Positions 26,187-38,957 of a stretch of DNA of 64,000 bases are shown here, piece by piece. Source of the stretch: Takakia lepidozioides. Taxonomy: Eukaryota; Plantae; Bryophyta. Positions within the stretch are counted from its first letter, which is position 1. Each line of letters starts with the position of its first letter. Both the position numbers and the translations under genes were made by a program. The stretch covers positions 51,894,001 to 51,958,000 of the forward strand of contig CM060732.1 of NCBI GenBank assembly GCA_030704615.1, written 5' to 3'. The notes beneath the pieces were generated by a model that worked only from the letters and a program-made list of their open reading frames with translations, made no database searches and had not been told where the DNA came from.

Positions 26187-28770
26187 CCTTCTTCAATATT
26201 TCAACCTGTTTTCCGTATTATCAGAGTTGTCCCTAGATTTTCAGGTTGAATTCTGCAAGTTAGCTTGTTGGTGCAAAAAGGTGAATGCCTGTTGGAAGCG
26301 CAAGTCAGCATAGGAACTTGTGTGATAAGTAGGGTTAAGGTGTTTGCTGGAACAAATCTAGGCTGTCATTCTCAGCTGCTAGCAGCAAGGCAAAGATGTG
26401 TGCATGATTTGTGCAGAGGCAGAGATAGCTGAAGGAGCAGAGATAGAGTTGGGTCCAGATTCATCCAAGAGGGCCAAGTTTCAAGCACAAGATTACTTAT
26501 GAGTCCATGTGGAGCAATAGCTACAAGAAACCTGCATGGATAGATGGTCAACTGGGTGCCACAGCAGCAGCGGCACACCTGATATTTTAATCAAAGCACC
26601 TTCTTCAACACATTTCACCCTGTTTTTCCTCTTATCAGAATCGGCCCTAAATTTCCATGTTGAATTCTGCAAGTTAGCTGGTTGAGTGAATGTAGTTTGG
26701 AGTGCAAGCCTCAATTTCCCAGGAGGTGTGCATTTAGTCATACATAAGTTTTAGGTGGAGGATAGGTTGTTAGTCTGAATGGGATAGACGTGAGAGCCGA
26801 ATGCAGCCTTCCATTGTTGTGATCAAGCATGTAGGAAGGGCGGGTTATGCCAACCCCAAAAACTCACACTGTTCACCCTGTTTTGCCATGTTACTAGAGT
26901 CGTCCCTAAAATTTCATGTAGAATTCTGTAAATTAGCTCGTTCGTGATGTGAGCTAGCATGAGTTTTATAAAGATCCTTCACGATGGTGGGACAACTACA
27001 ATCGCAAGGTGTGGCTTTTCTTAATGTACGACGTGAAGAAGTTTGTCCATCATGTAGAGGTGGGCTTTTGGCTCCTGTTAGTACCATGATTTGGTATTCT
27101 TCCTGATGTTTACAAGGTTCTTGGGAGAGTCAGCTTGGTCTTAGCAGGCCGTGTTTCAATATCTGCATGCTCAGTTGCACAGTGGTGGTTCTCACAGGCC
27201 AATCCAACATTACCTGACTATAGACACAAACAGTACACACAAGAGGTCATTTTGGGTTGATGGTCGGTCAAATCCTCCATGGGTCAAGGACAATGTGGTG
27301 AGGGCACCTTCTTCGACCTATTTTGCCTCTCATACTTGGCCCTAAGATGCATATTGAATTTTGTAAGTTAGCTCGTTGGGTGGATCTGTGGTGGTTTGGA
27401 GTGACTTTGACAAGTTACTGCCGATGTGGCCGCATGAAGTATCCAAAAACAGATAACTGAGATGAGGAGAAGATTTGGAATGAACACTTTACTGACCCCA
27501 GTCAATGGTGGGACAATGGAGATAAAAAGGTGAATGTCTGTTGGACTACAGAGAGAAGCAGATGCAATATAGAATTGGAACTACTATTATAAGTAGGGCT
27601 CGAGTGTTTGCTGGAAGAACTTCACGTGTCAACTGCTAACAGCAAGGCTGAGGATGTATTTATGATTTGTACACAGGCAGGGATATATAGCTGAAGGACC
27701 AGGGATAGAGGTCCAGATTTATCCAAGAGGCCCGGATTTCAAACACAAGATTATTTCTGATTCCCTGCTACAAGTGGATAGATGGTCAACTGGAAACAAC
27801 AGCGGCAACAACATAATTGATAGAACAATGCACCGCTGATGAAGGTGCCTTCTTCAACACATTTCACCGTGTTTTTCCTGCTATCAGAGTCGTCCCTGAA
27901 TTTTGATGTTGAACTCTGCAAGGTAGCTGAGGAGAAGCTTTGGAAGGAATACGTTTAAGACCCTAGTCAATGGTGGAACAATCGAGGCAAAATTGATAAA
28001 ATCAAGCACTAGTAATCAAGACACCTTCTTCAACACAATTCACCCTGTTTTTCCCTCTAATCGGAATCGGCCCTACAACATGAAAGTATCCACAAACAGG
28101 TAACAAAGACAAGGAGAAGCTGTGGAATGAATTCTTTCTGACCCCAGTCAAATGGTGAGACGATCGAGGCAAAAAGGTGAATGCCTGATGGATTACAGAG
28201 AATAGCATATGCTATTAAGCATAGGAACTAGTGTGATAAGTAGGGTTGGGGTGTTTGCTGGAACAATTCTAGGCTGTCATTGTCAGCTGCTAGCAGCAAG
28301 GCAAGGATGTATGCATGATTTGTACAGAGGTATGGATAGCTGAAGGGGCAGGGATAGAGTGTGGGTCCAGATTCATCCAAGAGGGCTGGATTTCAAGCTC
28401 CAGATTACCTATGATTCCATATAAAATCAGGCACTGGTAATCAAGGCACCTTCTTCAACACAATTCACCTTGTTTTTCCCTCTGATCAGAATCGGTCCTA
28501 AATTTTCATGTTGAATTCTGCAAGTTAGCTGGTTGAGTGAACCTTTGATAATTTGGAGTGACTTTGACATGGTAGTACCAATGTGACAACAGGAAAGTGT
28601 CCAGAAACAGGTAACAGAGACGAGGAGAAGCTGTGGAATGAATACTTTCTGACTCCAGTCAATGGTGGGACAATCGAGGCAAAAAGGTGAATGCCTGCTG
28701 GATTACAGAGAGTAGCAGATGCCATTGAGCATAGGAACTAGTGTGATAAGTTGAATTGGGTGTTTCCTAG
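26186..28770. repeat. Degenerate, shuffled tandem array of a ~0.5-0.7 kb module
   Basis: CACCTTCTTCAACACATTTCACCCTGTTTTTCC-like anchor at ~26186, 26597, 26870, 27305, 27847, 28022, 28447; also AAAAGGTGAATGCCTG and CAGCTGCTAGCAGCAAGG; another copy at 37850-38400. Confidence 0.8.
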
Positions 28771-28839
28771 AACAAAAAGCCGAAAAGGTTGTGTACTCTG
28801 ACAGTTGGGCTTCAATTTGGGTGCCTGACTGCATAAAGT

Positions 28840-29010
28840 AACACACAAACATTCCTTCAAGTGATCTCAGTACTCACATACCTACATCTGCCATTGGCCC
28901 AGACTGGTCATATGAAGAAACTATTCACTAACACAAACATTCCTTCAAGTGACCTTAGTACTGACATACACCTGCCAATGGCCCAGGCTGGTCATGCGAA
29001 GAAACTATTT
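28840..29010 (+). repeat. Tandem duplication, 2 x ~88 bp
   Basis: ACACAAACATTCCTTCAAGTGA...GAAGAAACTATT occurs twice. Confidence 0.8.
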
Positions 29011-29363
29011 ACAAATCAAACGCACCAAGATGGATTGAGCACCTTCAACAATATATTAGATATCTACATCTGACTCCACCAGATGAAGTACTGGGATTGC
29101 TAGTCCAGCAAATAAGAACTTCAGCTACTGCTAGACTTGTGGATGTACTATTCGTAGCACATATCTTCAGGAAAACACAATTTCACGAAATGGAAGGCTA
29201 CTAGTCTGTTGTCACTTCAGTCCCTTGCTCGCTGTAGCAGCATTTTGCAGGCAGTTTGGGATTTCCCCACCCCCCAAGCAAAAGAAAGCAACGATGTTCA
29301 TCACAAAACAGTGCCTGAGACACTACCTCGCAGATCACCAACATATATTACAGCCCAACAGAC

Positions 29364-30716
29364 CTATTTCACTAGGCCAAGATTAATCATGCCCCAGTTA
29401 TCTCTGGCCCACGTTTTGTCCCCGGCATTTTGAAGTAGCACTCGTGCCCAAGCAACCCAGCCTTCCCAGGTCATGCGCTTATCCCAATTGGTAGCCCACT
29501 CCAACAATAGCCTCAATCCCTCGCTGGCCTCCTTCTCAGCAAGCTCAAAATTGCTTTTTGAGAGATAGATCTGTGCCAGTACCAGGTGTGGCTCGGCAAT
29601 GAAGGGGTTATGTTCGCAAGCTTTTTTAAGCAAAGGCTCTGCGGACTCCCAAATCTTTTCCTGGTCTGTTATACATATCGCCTCCCAATACAAGTCCCGA
29701 GCCGTGACTTGATCGGATGGGGACAACATCTGCGTGCAATTGTTGAAAACAGAAGGGATCGGGATATCAATTTCAGAAAAGGGCCTTCGGTTTTTTCCTT
29801 TCTCCGATTTCAGCTGTTCCTTTTCCTCTGCTTGTTCCTCTTTTAGTAAGATATTCAACAACAGCCCCATGCGAGAAATGCCACTCATCCACAGCCCAGG
29901 CTTGCACTCCCCAGGCCACAAAGCAGTCCATCCATTGCCTCGAAAGCGATACGTCCCATCCTCATTTCCGAACAGAATGTCCTGCCAGCCATAGGATTGG
30001 TCGATGAAATCCGCCATGGTGAGCACAAGAAAGATGGCAATAAGACGACGCGGCACTAGTACGTCCTCTCCCGTCGCTATGTGTTTTACTACCAGTCCTT
30101 CCGAAGGAATCAGAGGGCTATATGACGCATCTTTGCCATTAACACCGCTCCGTCCTTTCTCTTCAATTGCCTCAAAATTGCTGCCTAATCTCTCCATTTT
30201 CTGCAGCAGATCATGTGTTTCCTTTCCACCTATTTCGTTGGCCTTTTCAAGCTCTATATCCCCCCGCTCGGCAACACCACGAAGAGCCGAAACTAATTCT
30301 TCATCGCTGAATTTCAAAAGCAGCAAGTCGAAAATGAGCTGCTGTCGCGGGACGATGCAAAACAGATGGACAAGCTCCTCCGCAGCATCGCCGATCAGAT
30401 CCCGCACCTTCTGCCTCTCCACGTTAGGCTCAAATATGGCCAAATTCACATAGGAATTGGAATACGAGGAGTGAAACAGACCACAGAGGGCCACCGAATC
30501 CGGCAAACCCCACAACTTGAGGATGCGATACACATGCAGCAAATGCTCATAGAAGGTGCCATGCTTGTGCCAGCACTCTCCAGCCCCCCTTTTCTGCAAC
30601 ACCGATAGCAGAGAAGGCAGCACAGGATCTATGGATGCAAAATCTTCCCGCAAAAAAAGCTTGGCTTGCTCCAATCTCCCTCCTCCTCCCCCATTCTCAT
30701 CTGCAATCCCAGGCAT
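29364..30716 (-). CDS. Conserved plant DUF6817 / TPR-like protein, 450 aa, intronless
   Basis: Uninterrupted ORF from first ATG 30716; GAGECWHKHGTF..HL, CGLFHSSYSNSYVNLAIF, NPFIAEPHLVLAQIYL (TPR), WDKRMTWEGWVAW. Confidence 0.88.
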   Translation of the reverse strand: MPGIADENGGGGGRLEQAKLFLREDFASIDPVLPSLLSVLQKRGAGECWHKHGTFYEHLLHVYRILKLWGLPDSVALCGLFHSSYSNSYVNLAIFEPNVERQKVRDLIGDAAEELVHLFCIVPRQQLIFDLLLLKFSDEELVSALRGVAERGDIELEKANEIGGKETHDLLQKMERLGSNFEAIEEKGRSGVNGKDASYSPLIPSEGLVVKHIATGEDVLVPRRLIAIFLVLTMADFIDQSYGWQDILFGNEDGTYRFRGNGWTALWPGECKPGLWMSGISRMGLLLNILLKEEQAEEKEQLKSEKGKNRRPFSEIDIPIPSVFNNCTQMLSPSDQVTARDLYWEAICITDQEKIWESAEPLLKKACEHNPFIAEPHLVLAQIYLSKSNFELAEKEASEGLRLLLEWATNWDKRMTWEGWVAWARVLLQNAGDKTWARDNWGMINLGLVK

Positions 30717-30959
30717 GCTGAACCCAACTCTCCTGCTCCCTTCCCTCCTCTCCAAATCTTCTCTTCTCTTAACAAAGCCTGTGGGTTCTGCAGTCTCTAC
30801 TCTTGTGTCACCCTTGGTCCACAGTGTGGATGGATGAGGCCACCGAACCGACTCCAAGTTAACCCAAACAAATTTCTACCCCTGCCCATTAAATATTCAT
30901 ATCTGCCCCAGAATCTGACCGTGTAAGACTTTCAGATAGTCTGACCCGAAATTTAAGAG

Positions 30960-31250
30960 ATTATCAATATATGAGGCAAGGTAGTTTGTTTTGTTTTGTA
31001 GCGTCGCCCAAACCGCGGGACACAGCCCGGGTGCTTGGTGCCTTTGGAAAGCTCTTGATGAGGAGAGGTGCACCGGCTTGGTCTCATGTTTTTGGGATCT
31101 GCGGTGTGGTGTGGGAGACATGGAATTTCAAGCACTTTTGGTCATTGGAAATTTGTGAAAAATAGCAAAGTGGGCTTTTCTGGGGCAATGATTGGCTTCA
31201 TTTGTCTTTTGTGCACGTGGACAGAAATATAAATTCGGTTTTTTTAAATA
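30960..31250 (+). repeat. Dispersed ~300-bp repeat (second copy 36272-36575)
   Basis: ATATGA(G/A)GCAAGGTAGTT...GGAAAGC...TGGAATTTCAAG...AAAAATAGCAAAGTGGGCTTT in both copies. Confidence 0.75.
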
Positions 31251-31360
31251 TTGGCGTTCACAGTATTGTGGCCAGTGTCGTTAAGATCTCCCAAACTGCA
31301 GGCCCTCTGGCCACGATTTAGTACCGTTGGAAAGCCGATGAATAGTGGTGCACCGTCTTA

Positions 31361-31700
31361 TTGCCGCTTTACACTAGGGCCCAAGCCCAGGAAATCCTGG
31401 GCCCAATTTCTACCACTCTTGGGCTGGTCTTGGGCCACCTTCAACGGTCATGATCGCACAAAAATAGTCTATCTTAATACCAAGCTTCTTGGGCCCAAGA
31501 GCTGAGAGTTGGGTCTCCATTCTAGGAGGGTTCCTTTTTCTTGGTCCGGCCCAAGAAGTTGGCGCCAAAACTTGTGTTATGTAGGTGCCATGTAGGCAAA
31601 TGACCTACTTCTATTTTCTTGGGCTCGGGCCGTAGTGTAAAGTCGTTGGGCCCAATTTTCAGGCCTCCGCCAACGGGAATGCTCCATTCTAAAGCGGCCT
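31361..31700. mobile_element. Tourist/PIF-Harbinger-like MITE
   Basis: TTA on both flanks; termini GCCGCTTTA / TAAAGCGGC; internal ~28-bp inverted repeat 31367-31394 / 31615-31643; GGGCCCAAG repeats. Confidence 0.55.
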
Positions 31701-32260
31701 TTATAGTCTCACAATTTCTGGACCTGCACTGTAGGATATATGGAATTGCAAGGGAAGATAATAGGAATAATGTAAGAATCTAATGCACACGGGCAACCTC
31801 TGACACAATTGTACGCAGGTTTTTGGCATGTCAAATCTTCCCCACCCTCTCTTGAGAGTGACATGGAACTGAAAGAGTAAACTCCAGTCCTGGGTTATAC
31901 CACTGGGTGTGTAACTTCACTTGGGTTTATATTGGGTTACACGACGGGTGCCTGAGTGCCTGGATATTCGTGAACTGGAACAATGACGTGGAGATCTCCC
32001 AAACTGCAGGATCTCTAGGTACGTAAGGGATTGCACTTGGACTTAGATGACCTTGGTCACTTGCTACCCTAGTTGACAATGAAACGAGATATGGGAGGCT
32101 GGAGGATTTCATATTTTGGAACTAATGACATGAAAAAAAACCGGCGTAAAGGTAATACCTACATCATATATGCAACACTGTGCTCTTAAGTGTGCTGTTC
32201 ATGCCAGCTGCTGGTACTCAAAGACCTGGTTTGTCATCAAACGCATCTGCAGACCCACCA

Positions 32261-35200
32261 ATGGATTGTCTGCATTTCATTCATCGTCTCCCTTCCATGA
32301 CGAGAGGAGGAGAAATTTCAAGTCTTTCAAGAAATCTCGATAGCCATAACTTAGCCATGCTTCACCCAGGCCATGGTCTGTCTCTGTACCACAGATCCCC
32401 TACGCTTCAAGCACCCAATATCTTGCATTTCCATCACACAGACCAGCTCAATGAGATTACCCAGTGTCCAATTTCTATTGCAAACAGCAGGCACAATTCT
32501 TCCATCCAAGTTCGGAGATGTCTTGGCAGAAATTGGGGCAAGGATGCACCTCTGGGTTTTCAGGCAGGCCGCAGCAGAGAGTACAGGGCTCCCGTGTCAA
32601 CTGCAGCTGTGAAGCAAGAGGAGCCTCTATTGCTTCGTGTGGCCGTCTCGGGCGTCACTAAAATTCTCGGTGTGCTGAATTTTGGCAATTGAGGAGGATG
32701 CAAGTTGGGCAGTAAAAGGGACAATCAATGTAAATTGTAACGACTGTAATCTGCCATTACACTGGACAGTTCGGATTTGACAGGGGATGAGAGACAGTAC
32801 GAGACCAGTAAGCGTCTAAAAAACACGCTTACAAAGTTTGCATTTTTGTACATACATCTGTGCACCTTTGACTGATTGATTGAGTGGTTGCTTCATTACA
32901 CGATACTGCATTTCAAAAAGTTCCACTATGCAGCTTGAAGAACCGACAACTGAAATTAAAACTGTGGTGGACGCTCTTCGCGAAGACTACCAGCGGGCTC
33001 ATTTCCTGACAGGTGGGCATTGTCACTCCATTTTCTTGTTGTGGGGGGAAGGTAAGATTTTCTTATTCCTATTTCATCATGTATTGGAAGTTTTTTGTGC
33101 GACTACTTTCTCGCTGTGTCACCACCATGATTATTTCAGATTGGTTGACCCCCCAGGATGAGTGGCATATCTAGCACAAACGTCACAAACGCCAATGTAT
33201 CATGGCAGAGAACATTCTTGCACTACAAGGCAACTCTATCCTGGGATGGCCCTTAGGCATGACAGACAGGCTCCCTGACAATGGGCGTTCTCTTAAAAGG
33301 CCATTCCATGCTAATTATTGCGGGCAACCAAGGATTGCCCTTTGTGCAGGTGTTTCAGTTAGCAGAATGGCTTCAAGGTTTAGGTCAGCCTCAGACAATG
33401 AATGTACTCTGGATAATGCGGTACTCTGTGAGTATGCAGGAGACTTCACAACAGCTTTATATGCTAAGGATTGCTTATTTGCTGACCCCACCATTGAGTT
33501 TACAGGTAAGCCCACCTGGTTTTTCCAAGACCCCTCGTTATTTCTTCATCATTCTTCAAATCCAATGGAGATTACTGCACACTTGCCTTAGAGGACCTAG
33601 GTCGTTACTATGACCATCAAGGATTGTGACTGGAGGCATATCTCCTATTTGCTGTCTCTATTGAAGGTTGATCTGGAGGTTGTTTCCACGAAGGCCAAGC
33701 TGGCTTTCGGCGAAACAGGGGCTGTGTGGATCATATCTTCACTCTAAACCAGATTATCCAGGGAAGGAAAATAGAAGGGAAACCCACTTATGGTTTTTTC
33801 CTGGATGTCAAAAAGGCTTATGACACAGTGTGGAGAGATGGCCTATGGTTCCGCCTCTGGTCTTGTGGGATCAAGGAAAGATGTGGAGAGTTGTCCACAA
33901 CTTGTATGCTCACACCAAAAGCTGTGTCACTGTTAACGGACAGAAGTCCAACTTCTTTGACATAGACCAAGGTGTAGCTCAAGGATGTACTCTCTCCCCT
34001 CTGCTCTTCAATGTTTTTATCAATCAACTCCTCGAGGATGTGGAAAGTGAGGGATTTGGGTTAAGGGTGGGTGATACCACCATACCAGTCCTTATGTTTG
34101 CGGATGACTTCGCAGGCATAGGGGAGACTCCAACCAATCTCCAGGAGTTGATTGATTGCGCGAAGAGATACTTTGATCTTTGGGGCTAGAGGCTAATGTC
34201 AGCAAATGTGCAGTGGTAGCATTCAACGACAGAGGAGAGGGAGGAAGTGATCTTAAGTGGCAGTGGGGTAGCCAAGAGATCCCGGTCCTCCCTTCCTACA
34301 CTTACCTGGGCGTTGAATTTTCCTCCAATTGTAATTGGGATGCACATATCCGGAAAGTTGTTCAAACTGGCAAGGGCAAAGCTCTGGGGCTCACTAAATT
34401 TTTCCACTAAAGAGGGGTCAACTCTGAGGTTAAGAAAACCATGCTTTGCCGCGTTATTAGACCTGCCTTGGAGTACGGATCTGCTATATGGGTTGATAAC
34501 TCCAACCAGGCTAAGTCTCTAGAATCCATTCAAGTGGGGGTGCTTAAGGAGTGTATGTCAGCATGCTCCAAAACAGCCAATGTGGCTGTTCGGGGTGAGT
34601 TTGGCATTCCGTCCTTAAGCTCCCGACGAGATGAATTCAAGGTCAGATGGTGGGGTCAGCTGCAACATATGCCCAACACCAGATATCCTAAGTTAATTGA
34701 CTCTATATCTTGGAAACAGGACCGCCCTGTCAAACAGGCTGAGTCCTGGCAGAAGAGAGTAGAAGAGATTCTCAAGGTCCTGGACCTGGATCCGCAAGTC
34801 TTGACCCTGCTGGATAAATCTGATTAGAGGCTGTAGTGTCCGATGCCATGTCTGTTGCCATGAGATTGTCTGATGAAAATGAAGTTAGGCAGAAAACCTC
34901 CCTGAACTTGTTTCCAGTCAGTGACATGGGGGAGGACATCTTGGATGACCTCAAGGTCTACCCACTCTCGGCACTAGACTGAAATTTAAACTCAGGGCAG
35001 GAAGCCTACCTTTGAACAGCAAACAGAAGCAGAGAGGAAAGGGAGAGTGCAATTGCCCATTGTGTGGGCAATCTGAAGACAGTATTCATTTTCTGATACA
35101 CTGTCCGGGGTTCTCTCACCAAAGAGACGCTCTCTTCAACTCTATCAAGGGAATTGTGCCTGTACCCCTGTTTACCAACTTTGAAAGTCTCGAGGCTGAG

Positions 35201-36233
35201 CCAAAAGCCCAGGCCCTCCTGAGGCCTAGTTTATGGCAAATCACACACAGCAGATTGATGCTTGTGTGAAGGGATTTCTAGAGGATATCTGGAAAACCCG
35301 GATTAATTCTTTATATGAAGGTAAGTCTTACTACCAACGTCAGCCCCCGACAGAGATAGGTTCTGTCCCTTTTGTTCCCGCTCAAACTGGGCGCGGGGTC
35401 AATGGCCACAAGGCTACGGCAAACAACGTCTTATGAGTACAATCTATTGAAGGCACCAAGATAAATTCTCTTTGGTCAGAGTTCTCACATAAACAAGCAC
35501 AAAGAAAGGGCATCCTTCCACTCTTGGCTAATGCATTTACAGGGTTGTGAGTGGCAGGGAGGGATAAGTACCAACGCAATTTGATGCTGTTGGTGCCCTT
35601 CTTTGAGGATCCATCACTAACTCTGTTCAGCATTGAAGAGGTCTGTTCTGCCTTTTGACGCATAATGATATTGGTAATGCAATTGACTCTGGTGTGTGAA
35701 CAGAACCTATCTACGGCTGCCATGGAAGCCTCTGATTGCATTGGATGGTTCTACAGTGTACAATGTGAATGCTGACTCCAAAGTGAGTGTCTGAAAAATT
35801 TCTGTGTCTGCATTCTAATTATGCTGGATAGTAAGTGCTCCTTCCTCTTCATGGTAAATGGGAGCTGCATATATTCTCCTTGTTTGAGAAGTCTTGTCAT
35901 GATGCAACATAGCATGGAAGAAGAGATCTCAAAGACAGTTCACTTCCACAGGTATTAGATATGAAACTGGTTTTCGACAATATCCATTTGTCATGTCTGT
36001 TACAGCGATCTGCCATACTAAGTAGTCTAGCATGAACCAGCTCTTTCTAAAGCCATTACAGAAAGGGGACCAAAGAGTTGTAAAGGCTTTACGTAGTCCT
36101 GCAGCATGAAGATGTGAGGCTCAAAAAAGAAACCTGTAGATCATTAAACTTGCTTATGGGGAGATTCAATGTTACCTTGCATTACCTTGAATATTGGCAG
36201 ATTGTGAAGCACGTGGAGAGCTGGAGCATAACA
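32261..36233 (+). pseudogene. DUF2358 (NTF2/SnoaL-like) putative plastid protein, disrupted
   Basis: AG/GT-bounded exons ~32933-33012 (LREDYQRAHFLTG), 33439-33505 (YAKDCLFADPTIEFTG), 35558-35640 (RDKYQRNLMLLVPFF), 35704-35782 (LRLPWKPLIALDGST), 36200-36233 (IVKHVESW); stops in exon 1, a phase mismatch suggesting a lost exon, and a LINE in an intron. Confidence 0.75.
33700..35436 (+). mobile_element. 5'-truncated non-L1 LINE (RTE/RTEX-like)
   Basis: FLDVKKAYDTVWRDGLW, GVAQGCTLSPLLFN, FADDF, YTYLG, C-terminal CPLC...HFLIHC; several stops and frameshifts. Confidence 0.85.
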
Positions 36234-37314
36234 GGTGGGCAAGCAATCCGTCAGATATTTGTTTCTTCTCGTTAATATATGAAGCAAGGTAGTTTTTTCT
36301 GTTTTGTGTTGTTTTGCTTTGTAGCGTTGAGATGTCGCAAACCGCGGGCCCAGCCCTTGTGCTTGGTACCGTCGGAAAGCCCTCGATGAGGAGGTGTTCA
36401 CCGACTTGGTCTAATAATTTTTGGACCTGCCATGTGGGAGATATGGAATTTCAAGTACTTTTTGGTCTCTGGAAATTCATGAAAAATAGCAAAGTGGGCT
36501 TTCCTGGAACAACGATTGGATATATCACTACTCAACAAATTCATGGAAAAAATAAATTGGTGTTTTCTGGAATATAAAATCACTGTATAATATGTGCTCA
36601 ACGACACATTATGAATGTACGAACTATGGAGTCCAAGAACTGAGGTAAGTGCCCCAAAAGAAATAAGATCTACCCGAGAATTCCATAGAAACACATCAAT
36701 ATATGAAACGAGGTACAAAACAAGTGTTTTCTTCAATTCTTCACACATGGGCCTTGACATGGAGACGCACTTGGATACATAGGGGATTGCACTTGGACTT
36801 AGATATGTTTCATTCGGGCCCTGATTCTAGAGTTTCTAGAGTGGTCGAGGAATTACTGCGGCCCATGAATCGCTGGGGCGCCTAACGTAGGGAGGCCACG
36901 TGTATTAAGGAATGAGATGAGGGGGTCCAAAAAAAAGAAGGGAGGAATTAGTCAAATTTAGAATAGGGAGTCTTGTAAGGTTGACATGTGTCAAGGGCCT
37001 TCTAGAAGGGTCCCACCGCCTTGGGGGGCTATATAAGGGAGGCCCTCCCCTCTTACTACCTACTAAATTAATAAATAGTGGGCTCTACAAAGGCGGGGCC
37101 CCCAAAAAAAACAGCAAACATGAATCAATTAATTACTAGAAAACTGACTATGTTACTAAGGCAATGATGTGTGCTCATTATTTAGACAAATTGTCAACCA
37201 CGACGGCTGGTGGCAAAACTGGTTTTTATCCATTTTTCAACTGAGCCTTGAGGGGAATAATATACCCCATCTGTGAGTCATACAACGTCAGAGCCCCAAC
37301 CTGACAAACAAATG

Positions 37315-37380
37315 ACAGGGGTTTGATTTGAACCCCAACGCCACAGCCCAATGCACAGGTGTCTTACCATGGGGCTACAG
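37315..37380 (-). mobile_element. tRNA-like SINE head
   Basis: Minus strand GTAGCCCCATGGTAAG...GGTTCAAATC. Confidence 0.45.
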
Positions 37381-37554
37381 TCCTGTTGTGTAATAATCTT
37401 CTCATTTCTATTTACCCAAGTTACCGGAAGGTAAGCAAAACTATTCTTATATTTATCCGCAAGTGATTACGCACATGCACAAATCCTCAACCATTAGGTT
37501 GTGCTTGAACCTTGTTTCAGCTATAGAATCAAATTAACATTCACACCATCCAAT

Positions 37555-37640
37555 AGGGGGTGGCCCACCCCCGAAAGGGGGCAGTAGCCGTAAGGCGAAG
37601 TGGCTCTTAGTTACGCCGGTTTCGGCCGGAGTCTTCTCTC
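37555..37640 (+). other. 86-bp GC-rich multi-hairpin insertion flanked by a 14-bp direct repeat
   Basis: TCACACCATCCAAT at 37541-37554 and 37641-37654; hairpins CCCCC-GAAA-GGGGG, GCC-GTAA-GGC, CCGGT-TTCG-GCCGG. Confidence 0.7.
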
Positions 37641-38404
37641 TCACACCATCCAATTTTCACTCAGAATATGCGAAGAATTTACTCTCAATCTACTTTAAAA
37701 TTCCATACATCCACTTGGAAATTATGTTGATGAATCCCCCACTAGAGTCATGTCAATCAAGATCGAGGATTGTAGATCAAATCTGTTGGTGGATTCTTTC
37801 TCTTCCTATCAGTATCACGACTTGTTCAGTTTACAAGGTACTTGGGAGGAGCAGCATGCCACACAAGAGGTCCTTTGGGTTGACGGTTGGTTGACTCCTC
37901 CTTGGGTGACTCCTCCTTGGGTGAAAGAAAAGCTAAGTTAGCCGCTTTCATGACACAAGGTCAAGGACAATGGGGTGAGGGCATCTTCTTCTTCAAACAC
38001 ATTTCGGCCTGTTTTGTCCTCTTATCATAATGGCTGTATATTTTTATGTCGATTTCTGCTAGTTAGCTCATCGGTTGATGTATGGTGGTTTGGATTGATT
38101 TGGACATGTTACTTTCCAATGTGGCAACAGGCGAATATCCTACAGCAGGAAACAAAGACGAGGAGAAGCATTGGAAGGAATTTTTTCATCCCAGTCAATG
38201 GTGGAACAATTGAGGCAAGAAGGTGAATGCCTGTTAGATTACAGAGGGAAGCAGACAACAAGATGCATCGCAGAGTTTTCTTGGAAATTGCCATCCTCTC
38301 TCTCCCCAGCACGTGTAAAGTCTTGGGAACTAGTATCTGATAAGTAGGGTGAGGATGTTTGCTTGAAAGAATTAGGCTGTCTTTGTCAGCTGCTAGCAGC
38401 AAGT

Positions 38405-38710
38405 AAGGGGTGAAGCCCAACCGGGTCCAGTTTGCGAGCCTGGCAGTTCTGTAGAAGGGCAAAGAGGTCCAGGTGACATCATCAAGGCTGGAATTGTACC
38501 AGATGTCATTCTGAACCTCGCAGACATGTATGCCAAAGTGGGGAGCATTGCAGATGCAAAGGTAGTGTTCGACAATACGGCTGAACGAAATGTGGTGTCC
38601 TGGAGTGCTATGATTGCAGTGGGATGGAGGCTTTGGAGACCGATGAGCAAATGATGCGGGAAGGAGTGAAGCCCAACTGGGTCACGTTTGTTTGTGTTTG
38701 CAATGCAAGA
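38405..38710 (+). pseudogene. PPR fragment
   Basis: GDIIKAGIVPDV, DMYAKVGSIADAKVVF, NVVSWSAMI, EQMMREGVKPN; similar to 25325-26186. Confidence 0.75.
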
Positions 38711-38957
38711 GGGAATGTGTACTTATCTCTGTGTTGGGCCTCCACAAAACACACATTCTTTTTGCAACACAGTAGGCTCCTTAACCCAAAAATCCCTGAG
38801 TGAGGTAGAGGGATAGTCGAAAGTTGCAAGTTTGGGTTCACCCCTCGTGCTCGCAATTCGTCTCTCTCTAATTATTGAAATGTAGAAATTTCTCCAAGCA
38901 AATTGTTCGATGCTCTTCGGGTTTTGCCTTTTGCCAGGCGGTCGCAACCAAGTGTGT

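Noticed and set aside
30717-30857. 47-aa N-terminal extension in the ORF track
   Set aside because: Begins at TTG; the first ATG is at 30716
29586-30926. Plus-strand ORFs overlapping the DUF6817/TPR gene
   Set aside because: Antisense shadows with no recognisable motifs
37555-37640. Hammerhead ribozyme on the minus strand (GAAGAC...GCCGAAAC...GTA)
   Set aside because: The CUGANGA core and stem I are missing; resemblance is only partial
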